Positions 40,795-54,029 of a stretch of 64,000 bases of DNA are shown piece by piece. The notes beneath the pieces were generated by a model that saw only the letters and a list, made by a program, of their open reading frames with translations, did not search any database and was not told the origin of the DNA. The first letter of the stretch is position 1, and every line of letters starts with the position of its first letter. This stretch comes from Chiloscyllium plagiosum (lineage: Eukaryota). The stretch lies in assembly GCF_004010195.1 (NCBI RefSeq), contig NC_057719.1, positions 33,644,767-33,708,766 on the forward strand. Reading direction: 5' to 3'. The translations under genes and the position numbers were made by a program.

Positions 40795-41106
40795 TATTAA
40801 TCCTGAAACTCAGCTAATATTCTGGGGACTGGGTTTGAATCCTGCCACAGCAGATGGTGGAATTTGAATTCCATTCAAAAGCAATCTGGATGTAAGAGTC
40901 TACTGATGACCATGAAACCATTGCTGATTGGTGAGCAATAACCCATCTGGTTCACTAATGTTCTTCAGGAAAAAAAATCGGCCATCCTCACCTGGTCTGG
41001 CCTACATGTGACTGTCAAATGGCCGAGCAAATGACTCAGATCAAGGACAGCTAGGAGTGGATAATAAATGCTGGCAGCCCATGTCCCTTGAGTGAATCGA
41101 AAAAAG
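40795..41106 (+). mobile_element. tRNA-derived SINE sharing its 3' tail with the second LINE family
   Basis: B box gggtttgaatcc; tail aataaatgctggcagcccatgtcccttgagtgaat resembles the ends at 20028 and 59290. Confidence 0.7.
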
Positions 41107-41862
41107 AAAGCAATAGAGATTGTGTCATCAAGCATTTTGAAGGTGGACATAGCTAAATTCTTGTTAGGGCATCAAAGATTACTTAGGCTAGTTGGGAATG
41201 TGGATTTCAGAACACAAACTGATCAGCCATACAAATCCTCACACTCATTGATGAAAGAGCTGTCCAGCTGGGTATAAAACATTGCAGCCATTTCTGCAGT
41301 AAGAGGGAGTCAAGAATGGCCCAGGAATCCAGGAAGCAACATTACCGTTTGTTCTTCCCAGATGTGAACAAAGATAAGCACTCTGCATGAGCATCAACCA
41401 ATTCCCTTCATTTCTCAAGGACCCAGCAGTACCCAAGATCAAGTCCAACAAAAGGAGTTGTAGCTTGACCCAGTCCTGTACCAGCACCACCTCTAAGGGG
41501 GGGTGTTTGTGACACATCAGCAAACCTATTGGTAAGGCATTCTCCTGCAGGAGCACAGAGATAATCACCTCGCTGGGTGCATTCTTTTAGCTAAATTACA
41601 CTCAGGGAGACAATCTGATGAGCACATCATTGACCCATGTCCATAGGTCATGCAGGAAGAAAGTGCCACCAGAGACCAGCTGCTCTGCCCGAAGCAATAA
41701 CTGAGCCTTTGTGTTCACCCATGCTCAACCTGAAGAAACCGGTAGAAAGACAAAAGACAAGTGTGCTAAAGACTCTAGGTAGGCCAAAGCAGAAAGTGGA
41801 GGAGTCAGTCCACATTCTCGTTATTGTGGTGCCTCTGGTGTTTGAGTACTCGGCTGCCTCCA

Positions 41863-42177
41863 AGGCACGATGGCTCAGTGGTTAGCACTGCTGACTCACA
41901 GCGCCAGGGACCTGGGTTCAATTCCCACCTCAGGCAACTATCTGTGTGAAGTTTGCACATTCTCCCCGTGTCTGTATGGGTGTCTGGGTACTCCGGTTTC
42001 CTCCCACAGTCCAAAGATGTCCAGGTTAGATGAATTGGCCATGCTAAATTGCCCGTAGTGTTAGGTGCATTAGTCAGGGGTAAATGTAAGGGAATGGGTC
42101 TGGGTGGATTGCTCTTCGGAGGGTCGATGTGGACCTGTTGAGCTGAAGGGCCTGTTTTCACACTATAGGGAATCTAA
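41863..42177 (+). mobile_element. HE1-type V-SINE, full length
   Basis: A box tggctcagtggttag, B box gggttcaattcc, V-domain gtttgcacattctccccgtg, tail gggcctgttttcacactatagggaatcta. Confidence 0.92.
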
Positions 42178-43249
42178 AAAAACACTGTGGCGGCAGCTTG
42201 GTGTTTCAGGTTCTGCAAATTACTGGGTAGCTGGTTTTGCACTCCAATTCTCCAGTCATGAGTTCTCAGCATCAATGGCAAGGTGCAAGGAGGATGAGGC
42301 ACTGTGACCTCTTTCCAGCTGTTCCTGCTTCTCAAGAAGACAGCTGATGACAGGAAGCACCTGCAGAAAGGAGGAGGGCAAGGCTGGCACCCTGGCAGTT
42401 TCTTCTCAGGGCACCAGAGAGGTGTCCTGCCCCTCCACCTTGCCTCTTCCTGCGATCCTGTTCCCTCCTGCAACTGAGGCCAAGGAGAGTGAGTCTGCAC
42501 CTGTGTTAGAAATGTGCAGAGACCAGGACCATTTTAGGCACAGTGGCACCAGAGGATATCACCAAGTCTTCAAAGTCACCAGGGCATGCCAGTCATCAGG
42601 CTTACTTCACCCTATCTGTGGATGTCTGGAGTCCACCTCAAACTAGTGAAAGAGAAAATCTTTCTGAGGGTAAATCACTGGCATAGATGTTCATCAAGCC
42701 TATATAATAACTAAATTTTGTAAATATCTATTCACTTGCATTATTCTAATGCCTGTTGTGATCTTATGATACCAACAGGAGCCGAAAAGGTTGTCGGAAG
42801 TGAAAGATACAGATTACCTTCCACTATCGAAAGGATGCATTACTTTTCAAATGCCACACCTAGATGCCTCTTTCATAAGCAGCAAAATGTTGTCAGGAGA
42901 GCACCTCATCCATCAGAGGACCACACATCTCTAACATGGGGAATGGAGAAATGGTGATACAGATCATTCTCGAGATCAATGATAGTAATGATAAGGTTTG
43001 GGGCAGGAACCAGGAAACCCCAACTGGTGGATCTGTATATACACTCAATGGTGGTAACTGCCATGTATCTATAGGCTCCAGGATGGAAGGAACCATTCCA
43101 GGTATGGGATTCCCAAACTGAAGGGTGTGTTTATCTATTACCATATCATGCATCAATATCACATGATTGTATAGCCAAGTGGAATGAAGAGCTCAAAACT
43201 TCATAGCCCATAGATTTAGAAACTTTATTGGATGGCACTTTATAAAGAC

Positions 43250-43984
43250 AAAATCTCTCCTTTAATGTTAGCAAAATGAAGGAGTTGGCCATTGAAGTCA
43301 AGAAGCAGAGTGAAGGACATGCCCCTGTCTGTATCAATGATGCTGAGGTGGAGGTGGTCAAGAGCCTCAAGTTCCTAGGAGTAAATATCACCAATGATCT
43401 ATCCTGATCCATCCACGTTGATGATACAGTCAATAAACCACACCAATGCCTCTACTTTCTCAGAAGGCTAAAGGAATTTGGCATGTTCACAATGACTCTT
43501 ACCAATTTTTATAGATGAATCATAGAAAGCATACTATCTGGATGCATCATAGTTTGGTATGGCAACTGTTCTGCCCCACACCACAAGAAACTCCAAAGAG
43601 TTGTGAACTCAGCCCAGCCAATCATGCAAACCAGCCTTCCACCTATTGACTCTGTCTATACTTCCTCAGTCTATACTGCCTCGGGAAAGCAACCAACATA
43701 ATCAAAGACCCCTCCCACCCCAGTTGTACTCTCTTCCACCATCTTGCATCAGGCAGAAGATACAAAAGTTTGAAAACACATACTAACAAATTCAGAACAG
43801 CTTGTTCCCCACTGTTATTAGACTTATGAACACCCTCTTATCTATTAGAAATAATCTTTCTCTGCATCTTCTCTGTAGCTGTAACACGATATTCCGCAAG
43901 CATGCAAAACAATGCTTTCCACTGTATCTTGGTACATGTGACAATAATAACTCAAAACAAATAATAAACCAAATCAAAACAAAT
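43250..43984 (+). mobile_element. Rex1/Babar-type LINE 3' part
   Basis: Translates to FNVSKMKEL...KFLGVNITNDLS...LYFLRRLKEFG...IIESILSGCIIVWYGNCS; ends in an (AAATC/AAAC)-like tail. Confidence 0.78.
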
Positions 43985-44439
43985 GCTTGGGCATTGCAAA
44001 GATATAGTGAAGAATCATTATCTTCTGCAGGATTTTGTGTGTAAAGTGTATAAGGAGTAGTCTGATGATATGGGACAACTCATTCACCTGGGAGTAGATA
44101 TTTTTCATGTGATTCTTAAGTCTTTTATGTAAGGATAATTTTAGTCCAATTACACTGGAGTGCATGGTCATGGAAATGCTCAATGTATCACAGTTGCTTT
44201 AGTGCTATTGTTTGTTCACAACAAGGTTTGTATGTGCATTTTGGTTTCACATAAGAAAATCTGAACTACAGTTAGAAGAAAAAGTTGCCATTTTATTACA
44301 TAGATAAAGTAAATAGAAAAATAACTCATTCTCGAGGAATGTGACATACAGCAAGCAGAGGACTGATAACCAACTCCTTAAATATAAGGCATTTGGATCC
44401 CTTGGTGGTTCAGTGGATCATGGTGGAGTTTTGTTTTGA

Positions 44440-45350
44440 ATGGAAAGCATTTTTCAGAAGGATTCCACAGAGCTCAGAAAAAGGGACAGTACTTATTTTT
44501 CATCATTTATGATAATGATTTGCAGGCAATGAATGGAAAGTATAGTCGATGAGACAGCACTTCGCTTTATAGTTAATAGTGAAGTGAATGACTGTCTGTC
44601 TGAATGAATAATTTGGTCAAATACACAGAAAAGAGGGAAATGGAATTCAATTCAGCCAAGAATGAGGTAATATAATGGTGGAGAACAAACGAAGCAAGGG
44701 AATGTCCAATAATCAGGAGGATGTTGAATGAGGTTGAGGAAGTGAGCGATCTTGGAATGATCCACAGGTCCCTGCTGGTATAGAACAGGTTGATAAAATG
44801 CTAAAGAAAGAATTTGGAATGCTTTCCTTTAATGGACAAGGTGTATAAAACAAAAGCTGAAATGTAATGCTAAACCTTCATAAATACTCAGCTACAGCTG
44901 GAATTTCAAGTACCATTTTGATCACAACAGTCCAGGAAGGAGAACATACAGAAGAGACATACAATAATATTTAAAATTGCATTGGTAAAGAAACATTAAA
45001 CTGGCTAAGTCTGTCTTCCTTAGAATAGACGAAGCCGAGGAGTGACTTAATTGAGGTGGACAAAGTAATGAGGGGTCTGGATAGAATGGACAGGGAAGAC
45101 CCATTTTCCCATCTGAAAGTAAGTTACAGGATGCACAAATTAATGTATCTTGTAGAATGATTAGCGAGGACATAGATAAACTTTTCAACAGAGGGTGATG
45201 TGTGGTGGTTGATGGTTGAATTCACTGCCTGATTTCATGAGGGAGCCAGAAAGCTTCAACTAGTTTAAAAGGAACTTAGATCTACACCTGAAGTATTGTA
45301 CAACACGATGGACTGAATGGCCTTTTTCTGTGCTGTAGCTTCTCGATGAT
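44440..45350 (+). mobile_element. old CR1-like 3' fragment
   Basis: aaatggaattcaat and gagtgacttaattgaggtg motifs; tail ggactgaatggcctttttctgtgctgta. Confidence 0.6.
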
Positions 45351-45354
45351 TCTA

Positions 45355-46115
45355 AAGTTCTACATCTCTTCAGGGCAGTCTGTGGATTTCTTACAGGTGA
45401 CATCAGCCAGACATGGAGTGTGTATCCCATTGCCCAGCAACTGTTCTTGTATGGGCCAAATGTCTTTTGAAGTGGTTGGCATCCACAAGGAGTCCAAGAG
45501 CTATGAGGCATGGTAGCTCTGCAGTTATTGAGTGCAGATCTGCATTATCTGACTGTTGTGGCCACAAAGGATTTGGACAATAAGGGAGTGGAATTCTTTC
45601 CTATTGACCATGACACTGGTTGATATTGGGACACTCTAATTGGTATTACACCATGAAACCAGTGCCAACTGAGAAGCTTAATGCCTTAGCTGCTTGACAC
45701 CCCCCCACCCTACAACACAAAGGAAAAACTAAAGAATTGGTGGCTATTGCAAAACACAATGAGCAACATTCCAAATTATGAAATGCCACAAAGTAGCTCA
45801 CAGCAACTAGTCACTGACAAAGAACCTGAGGGAAACTGTTACATTTAGGGCTTCTGAAATGAATTGCCACTCAGCTCATTGGACCAGAGGGCATTGGTAA
45901 TGCTCCCTCTCAGTTGCACAGTTGCTGGAAAGCCCAATGGCATGTTGATCATTATGCTGTTTTATGACTTCCACATCTGGAAGTTGTTGCCACACATGAA
46001 CCTCAGAGGTCTGTGCAGGAGGAAGAGAAATCAGATGGAATGTTACACTTTGTGAAGGCATGAGACAAAAGCTCAGGACATCCTGAGTTGTTCTTCAAAC
46101 TGGCTCTCACTCATC
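45355..46115 (-). mobile_element. degenerate PIF/Harbinger DDE transposase remnant
   Basis: Frameshifted LLGN/GYTLHVWLMSPVRNPQT (cf. LLGDxGYPLxxWLMTP), QIMQIC, FPQV, MSESQFEEQLRMS. Confidence 0.6.
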
Positions 46116-47779
46116 TGCTGATAGCAACATCAAAACCTGTAGATTCTGTTTTGTGCTAGAACTCTCCTCCATGATGGTTCTTATCTTGCTGCTTCTGCCT
46201 TTGCAGGCTGTATCATTTGATGCTGCTATTGCTGTATTAGCAATCTTCAGCAACAGCTCCTGGGAACAAATGATAAATAGCAAGGTTGATCTCTGGCATG
46301 CTCCATTCTCATACAGGAGATCTGTGAGAACAGTAAATGAAAGCTTACTACCTTAGGAGAGGCACATTTTATCCCTGATATTCTTCTCCACGAAGTGCCA
46401 GTTTATGCTTTCACAGAGGTAAGTCCCACACCTAGAAAAAGCACCAACCAATGAACACTCCATGTCAACCTACATTGTCATGTGGCTTGAGAGGCCAGCT
46501 CCTTGCCACCAGCACCACAGATGCCTAGAAGTATCTACCACTGCTATATGACCTTTCAGCCTGACAATATCCTTTTTCATGTACAATTATCATGCTGACC
46601 TCATTTAGGGTGGCCAAAAGTGTCAATGTGACCATGACATGGAGCAGCTGCCCCACTACCCTATTCTTCTATCTCCTATGTTCCCCCCCACCACTCCCAA
46701 ACACACACGTCCATTATTCCTTCCACCTTGGGTCCTGTTTTGTTGATATTGAAAGCATCTTGAACATTGATTTTCAGATTGAAATGATGAGCTTTAGAAT
46801 GAATGTTTACTGCAGTGAATTGCAGATTTTGCTTGTGATCCTTCATCATGCCACTATGTTCTCCATCTGTTTCACCAAAGACTCTTCACCTTACCCCTAT
46901 TTTGGTTGAACTTTTTTATGTTACTGTCACTGTCCTCATTTGAACCCTGAAGATTCTGATGCCCTTGCTGACACTGCATCCTCTGCATAGCGAGGTCAGT
47001 GCGATCATAACTTGCCTTGACCATGTACTATGTTTGCTGCATATCAACAAAAAATACATCAAATATTGGTGGAACTTCGTGCCCTTCAGCAAAATACGTT
47101 CTGCCATATGCCCCCCTCTTGTGTTGATGTTTCACTGTTCCCTACAGATGCAAGCTGCCTCCTTGCCTTTCTCACTAAATTACCAGTCTGAGACAAAAAC
47201 CTTTGGCTAACTCTATGCACTAAGCTTCCACTGTAAGCAGAAACTGGTGTGCTGCTGTTCTCTGGTTCTAAAATGATCAAGGGACACATTCTTCCTGCGT
47301 CTCTTAAACATAGCTACTGCAGATGTAAAGCTAACAGCAAAAGTGAAGATGATGAACCTTGAGAAGGTTTCACTGGCAACCAAAACTCACCCAGACTGGA
47401 AGCTGAAGAGTAAGTCAACATATACATGCTTACTATATGTGGTGAGGTTGCTAAAACAAAGTGGCTCAACTGGACTGGTGTTAATTAATAAGGCAAAGTT
47501 AGGTAATTCCAAAGGGTTGTGAATTTATGAGGGATAAATACCCACAAATTGGCTTTTTACCACTTGATGGTAAGAAATGAGCTCATCTAAGTGGAAAAGA
47601 ACTTAATTGCTGAAGTTTAACTCAGCAGCAGGAATCTGATTGTTTGGACTTGAGCCTGATTAAGACATCACACTCACCATTATCCTCACTACCTCTGAAA
47701 GTGTAAATAACAGCCTATGCTTAAACAAGGTATTGATATTGATATTGCTGTTGCTCATCCATTGTCACAAGTTTCCATG

Positions 47780-47892
47780 TATAGAGGTGTGCAGCATGGA
47801 AACAGACCCTTCGGTCCAACCCGTCCATGCTAACCAGATATCCCAACCCAATCTAATCCAACCTGCGAGCACCCAGCCCATATCCCTCTAGA
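47780..47892 (-). mobile_element. CR1 3' tail fragment
   Basis: Reverse complement of 17430-17540. Confidence 0.85.
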
Positions 47893-50492
47893 GTCTTCTT
47901 TTTTAGATTCTCTTGTACTTCACATCAATTCTAAGAGCATAGGAATAAGAAATCACTTACATCCAGGCATTTGCTAAATTCATCCTCATACTAATTGTTA
48001 GGCACTGTAAATGTATGACTGGAGTTAATGTTTGCTACATTGTTTTGTGGTGCAAGCACCATATAAACGTCTGCCAGAAATCATGTCAAGAACTTGAATA
48101 AAAATTCATAGACAGAAGTCATTTCATGACATGTGGTAAGAACATAAAAAAAGACACAGGACCCAAAACCCTTCAGCTCGTCAAGCTTGCTCTGCTGTTT
48201 AAATGAAATCATGACTAAATTTTTATCTCAAGGTCACCTTCCTGAACAATTGTTGTATTTCTTGATATTTTTTGTGTAAAATGTAACAATTTCTGTCTTG
48301 AATATTCTCAACAATTGAGTCTTTGCCACCCAACAGAGCAGAGAATTGAAAAAAAAATCACTGCTGTCTGAATGAAGAAATTCTTCCTCATCTCAGTCTC
48401 AAATGCGTCATCTGCTACTCTGTGATGGTGACTTCTGACCAGAAGAAGTATCCTTCCTGCACCTTCCCTGATGATCTTGTAAGAAATTGGAATACTGCAC
48501 CATTGTATGCTATTCCACACTTTGCTCCACATGTAATTTTCCTAAAAGGCACAAGTTTTATGAAAAAAAAACAATGGATTCATCTTTGTCAAGGACGGTT
48601 ATAATAACCATGACCACTGCAACTTCATTTGACAGTTTGAATCTATTTACAAAAGAAGTTCTTGTGATATGGTCAACATAGTCAGAGAAACATTCTATTC
48701 TAGTCTAGTCACTCCAAAGCTATTTAGAATTGGTCAGTCAGATATAGATCAGTCAGAGCTGCTTGATTTTCTTACCATAAAAGCCTTTATAGGTTTATGA
48801 CAAGCAGCAGCGTTTACCTCATCTGAAGTCTGTCTCAGTGAATATCTCTGTTTTAATTGTGCCACCTAGCAATGCTCAGCTCCCATCTTTGTCTGCCTTC
48901 ATCAGACACTCTCCTTTGAGACATGCTTTAAGAGTCTTGTGAAAAACATAAGAGCCATTCATTATAATAAAGTAACAGTCACCTCACTGTGCCAGGTACT
49001 CTCCTATATATCTACAGATCTCTGTGCAGAACATCTATACAGATGATATTTAATTTGAACAGATATACAAATGAACATACAAATTAGGAATTGGACATTC
49101 AGTCCCTTGAGTCTGCTTTGCCATTTGATAAGGTCACGGCTAATCTGATTGTGGCCTCAACCCTACTTTCTTAATGAGCCCTGATATTCTATGACTTTCC
49201 AGTCAATCAAGAGTCTATCTGACTCAGGTTTAGAAATATTGAATGACTTTACCCCCACCATCATAGAATCATAGAGTTATACAGTACAGGAACAGACCTT
49301 TCAGCCCAACTCGTCCATGCTGACCAGGTTTCCTAAATTGAACTAGTCTCATTTGCCTGCATTTGGCCCATATTACTTTAAACCTTTCTTATTCATGTGC
49401 ATGTCCAACTGTCTGTTCAGTGTTATAATTGTACCCATCTCTGGCAGTTCAATCTATATGTGCACCACCCTCTGCGTGAAAAAGCTGCCCCTCAGATGCC
49501 TTTAGATTTTTCCCTTCTCACCTTAAACCAATGACCTCTAGTTTTGAACTATGGAAAATATCTTGGCTATTCACCTTATCCATGTCCCTCATGATTTTAT
49601 AAATTTCTATAAGGTCAACCCTCAGCCTCCTACACTCCAGGGAAACATATCCCAGCCTATCCAGCCTCTCCTTATAACTCAAACTTTCCAGTCTTGGTAA
49701 CATGTTTAAAAATATTTTTTGCACTCTTTCCAGTTTAATCCTTTCAACAGCAGAGCGACCAGGATTCGAATTGTGATTGTGTACAGCCACAATATGACAT
49801 TCCAACTCCTGTACTCAATGCTCTAATCAATGAAGGCAAGTGTGTCAAATGTCTTCTTTACCATTTTCTTTACCTTTAATGCCACTTTCAAGGAACGATG
49901 CATCTATATCCCTAGGTCTCTCTGCTTGACAACACTCTCCAGGGCTCGACCATTAACTCCGTAAGTCTTCCCCTAGTTTGTCTTACTAAAATGCAACAAC
50001 TCACATAAATTAACCTCTATCTGCCATTCCTCAGCCAAATAGCCCAGTTAGTCATGATCCCATTGTATTCTTAAATACTCTTCTTCACTGTCTACTATAC
50101 CACCAACTTTGGTGTCATCTGAAAACTTATTAAGCATGCCTCTTATATTTTCATGTAAACCATTTACATAAATTACAAACAACTATGGACTCAGTACCAA
50201 TTCTCTCAGCACACCGCTGGTCACAGACCTCTAATCTGTACAACAACCCAGTACCATTAGCTTCTGTCTCCTACGTCAAGCCAATTTTGTACCCAGTTGG
50301 GTAGATCTCCCAGGATCCCATGTGATTTAACCTTCTTATGCAGAATGTTGTTGAAGGCCTTGCTACCATCCATGTAAACAACATCTACTGCTCTGTCTTC
50401 ATCTATCTTTTTGGTCACATCTTCCAAAAACTCAATCATATTTGTCAGACATGATTTCCCATGCACAAAACCATGCTGACTATTACTAATCA

Positions 50493-51135
50493 TGATGTGG
50501 GGGTGCCGGTGCTGGACAGGGTGGACAAAGTAAGAAGTCACCAGGTTATAGTTCAACAGTTTTATTTAAAATCACAAGCTTTTGAGGCACTGCTCCTTCA
50601 TCAGGTGAAGTGAAGGGATGCGCACAGGCACAGAATATATAGCTGAAAATGTGTTGCTGGAAAAGTGCAGCAGGTCAGGCAGCATCCAAGGAACAGGAGA
50701 ATCGACGTTTCGGGCATAAGCCCTTCTTCAGGAAAGGTTTTCCTGAAGAAGGGCTTATGCCCAAAACGTCGATTCTCCTGTTCCTTGGATGCTGCCTGAC
50801 CTGCTGCGCTTTTCCAGCAACACATTTTCAGCTCTGATCTCCAGCATCTGCAGCCCTCACTTTCTCTCACAGAATATATAGTCAGAGAGATAATAGCAAG
50901 ATAAATTCAGGTAATTAAGAGTGGAAGCAGATAATTACAAATAGTCTAAGTAGAGTGTCAACTGGCTGAATAGCAAGTCTTTGCAGGTTATCAAAAGTTT
51001 CAATAGCTTAATACAAATGGTGTGAGTGAAGTGTCAACAACTGAATAACAAGTGAACGGATGACCTATGAACTGATTAATTAAGACAGAGATAATTACAA
51101 ATAATCAAAAATAAGATGATGCTAGAGACAAACAT
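50493..51135 (-). mobile_element. Penelope-like family 2 3' region/pLTR with decayed hammerhead
   Basis: Minus strand 50573-50607 reads cac-ctgatga-a-ggagc-agt-gcctc-aaaa-gc-tt-gtg; homologous to 61397-61607; right boundary approximate. Confidence 0.7.
50643..50867. mobile_element. young Penelope-derived pLTR hairpin (family 1c) with hammerhead motif
   Basis: Near-perfect ~92-bp inverted repeat; intact core on minus at 50704-50731; 14-bp TSD cacagaatatatag at 50629-50642 and 50868-50881. Confidence 0.92.
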
Positions 51136-52049
51136 TGCTACTTTGGTTAGATTCTCATCGTGCAACTCTGATACATACTCATGCTATTCTAACCATTTAG
51201 TTAGACTCAATCCCATCAAAATGACCACCCCCTTCCTTTTTCTCAGTTCCACCCATCCAGTTTACTGAACAATCCCTCAGGAATATCATCTCTAAATGCT
51301 GCTGTGATGTTTTTCCTTAACAAAAATGTCAATCCCCTCCTCTCTTGTTTCACCTTCTATTCTTTTTATATCATCTGTGCTTGATCTGCTCGTCCTGTCC
51401 CTCCCTCCATCATGACTTTGTAGTAGCAATGATATCCCAGTCTCATGTTCCCAACCATACCCTGAGTTCAACTGCCTAACCTGCCAGGCCTCTTGAATTG
51501 AAACAAATGGATAGTTTATCTATCTTTCCTTGTTCACTGCATACTCCTGCCTGCCTAGTCATTTACCTTGCTCTCTTTAACTTCTGGATCAGCCTCAAAC
51601 TTATGTTTTGTCTCACTACTACTTAGGGTCCCTACCCCCTGACAGACTAGTTTAAACTCTCCCGAGTTGCTCGAGCAAATCTCCCACCAGGATATTATTC
51701 CCCCTCCAGTTCAGTGGCAACCAATCCCTATTGTACAGGTCACTTCTGCACCAGAAGAGATCTCAATAATCCAAAAGTCTGAATTCCTGAATAATGCGAT
51801 CAGGCTGTGGAATAAAATGGAGGATTATATTGATGCTGAAAATTATATTTCACTGGAAACAAATAGAGTGACTATTTGTTTCTCAACAATTGCCTGAGTT
51901 GCAGGAAAACCAACAGCCCTGGAGGTAAAGTATGACCAAATCTTAGCTCAACAATAATGGAAGAGTAATTAGGTAGATGTATAAATGACATCTAGTGCAT
52001 GTTGAGAAGAAATTTCCTCCAATTAAGTTTTGAGATCAAAATAATTGTG

Positions 52050-52715
52050 TTCAATTTCCTAATCACCAATTCCCCTCCTGACAATTGTTTCAGGGTGAAT
52101 CAGATTGTTACAACTTTGGTAACATATTTGACTTCATGTTAACTACACATTTGCATTGTTTGAACATGGCCTAATTCCACTTCCATAATATTGCATGTCA
52201 CAGCCTCTGTCTTATCTCATCTGTTGATCATACCTTTGTTACTTCGTGGCTTAGTTATTCCAAAGTATTCCTGGCTGGTCACCTATGTTCTATTCACCTT
52301 AAATCTGAGACCATCTAAATCTTTCATGACCATATCTTAATTTGCTCATTCAATTGTCCTGTGTCTATTGACATATCTTGGTTCCTGGTGAAGCAGCAAT
52401 TTTAAAATATTACCTTCATTTTCAGATCACTCTGCAGCCTCTCCCCTCTCCACCCCTGTAATGTGCTCCAGTCACAAAAGCACCCATTGCTGTCCTCTTG
52501 AACATCACTGATTTGAATTGCTCTGCCACTGTCAACAGCACCCTCATCTGCTAAACCCTACCCTGCACCCCTCGCTTGTCCCTCCTTTAAGACACTCTTT
52601 AAAACTTAATTATTTTACCAAGTTCAGTGTCAAATGTTGCTGATAATCTGTCAATGAAGTGTTTTGGATTGTTTCATTACATTAAAAGTGCTATATAAAT
52701 GCAAATCGCCGTTGC
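52050..52715 (+). mobile_element. old L2 LINE 3' part
   Basis: HTFVTSWLSYSKVFLAG (cf. HAFVTSRLDYSNALLAG); L2-like tail gtgctatataaatgcaa. Confidence 0.7.
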
Positions 52716-53029
52716 CATTTTCGATATCCTGACCTAACAAAAATCAACAAAAGTCTTACAAATTTTAATTTGCTTGGTATCCACAGCATTCTGGGGAAGA
52801 CAACTCCAGATACTCCTTTTTTGTAAAAGAGTGATTCCTGATTGTGCTCTCGAATAGCCTCACTTTAATTTTAACATCATGCCCCACTCTTTTTTTTCTG
52901 TATTTTCACAACAGAGGAAATTAATTATTTGTTTCCTTGCTATTAAATGCATTTTCCAATCTAAAAATGTCAATTCAATCAACCTTAAACCATTTTTATC
53001 TCAGCAATACAGGACATGTTTTGACAGTA

Positions 53030-53150
53030 AAGCCAGAAAATGTTGGAAACACTTAATGGGTCAGGCAGCAGTGTCCAGAGAGAAAAGCAGAGCTCATCAG
53101 TTCTGATGAAAAATCATTGACCCCAATAATTAAAGTTTCAGTATATTTTC
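53030..53150. mobile_element. old PLE-derived pLTR remnant
   Basis: gggtcaggcagca arm and central palindrome tcatcag-tt-ctgatga. Confidence 0.45.
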
Positions 53151-53537
53151 AGTTTGAAGTAAATGCGATGAAGCAGTTAGCATCACTGGGAAGAGCAGAC
53201 AAAATAAGGACCCTGAGGCAGACAGCCAGCGTCAGTGTGAGGAACAGGCAAGGTGAAGACTTGAAGACAAGCAGTCAGAGACAGAACTGAATTCATTGGA
53301 ATGAATTGGAAATGGGAATTGCTCTGCTACAGATAAAGGAACTAACTGTTTTATTAGCCTCTAGGAAGTGATTAAGGATTTATAAGATTTTCAAATGTTG
53401 ATATAGTATACAATTTGGTGGCAAAAGGGGTTAAAAAAATGTGAAAAACATATTTGAGCTCATCTATACAAATCTCTCTGCTACAGATTAATTTGTCTAT
53501 GCAAGTATAAGTAGGAGTGACCACTGTACAGTTCATG

Positions 53538-53846
53538 ATTAGATTCCTACAGTGTGGAAACAAGCCCTTTGGCCCAACCAGTCCACACTGACCCTACGAA
53601 GAGCAACTCACCCAGACCCATTTCCCTCTGACTAACGCACCTAACACTATGAGCAATTTAGAATGGCCAATTCACCTAACCTGCACGTTTTTGGACTGTG
53701 GGAGGAAACCAGAGCACCCGGAAGAAACCCATGCTGACATGGGGAGAATGTGCAAACTCCACACAGACAGTGACCCGAGACTGGAATCGAACATGGGAAC
53801 CTGGTGCTGTGAGGAAGCAGTACTAACCACTGAGTCACCGTGCCAC
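53538..53846 (-). mobile_element. HE1-type V-SINE, full length
   Basis: Homologous to 41863-42177. Confidence 0.9.
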
Positions 53847-54029
53847 CTCCTTGGAAAAAAGTGCATCATGTATCATGTTGTGTGGAATTAACATGATGCT
53901 AAACAGGATGGATTTTCTACAACTCTAACAAGTCTAGATTGGGCTTCCATATAACACTATGGCTGTCAGCAGCATAAAAATTGTACTCAAAACCAGTCGA
54001 CATATGACTTATCCCATATTATCCCCTAT

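Larger units (their letters stand above)
49262..51790 (-). mobile_element. CR1 LINE with internal deletion, interrupted by nested PLE insertions
   Basis: SQHGFVHGKSCLTNMIEFLEDVTK and LERVQK...RRLRVDLIEIYK; 51200-51790 resembles the EN/ORF1 junction of the 27.6 kb copy. Confidence 0.8.

Noticed and set aside
41863..41935. tRNA-like sequence
   Set aside because: It is the SINE head, continuous with the V-domain, not a tRNA gene
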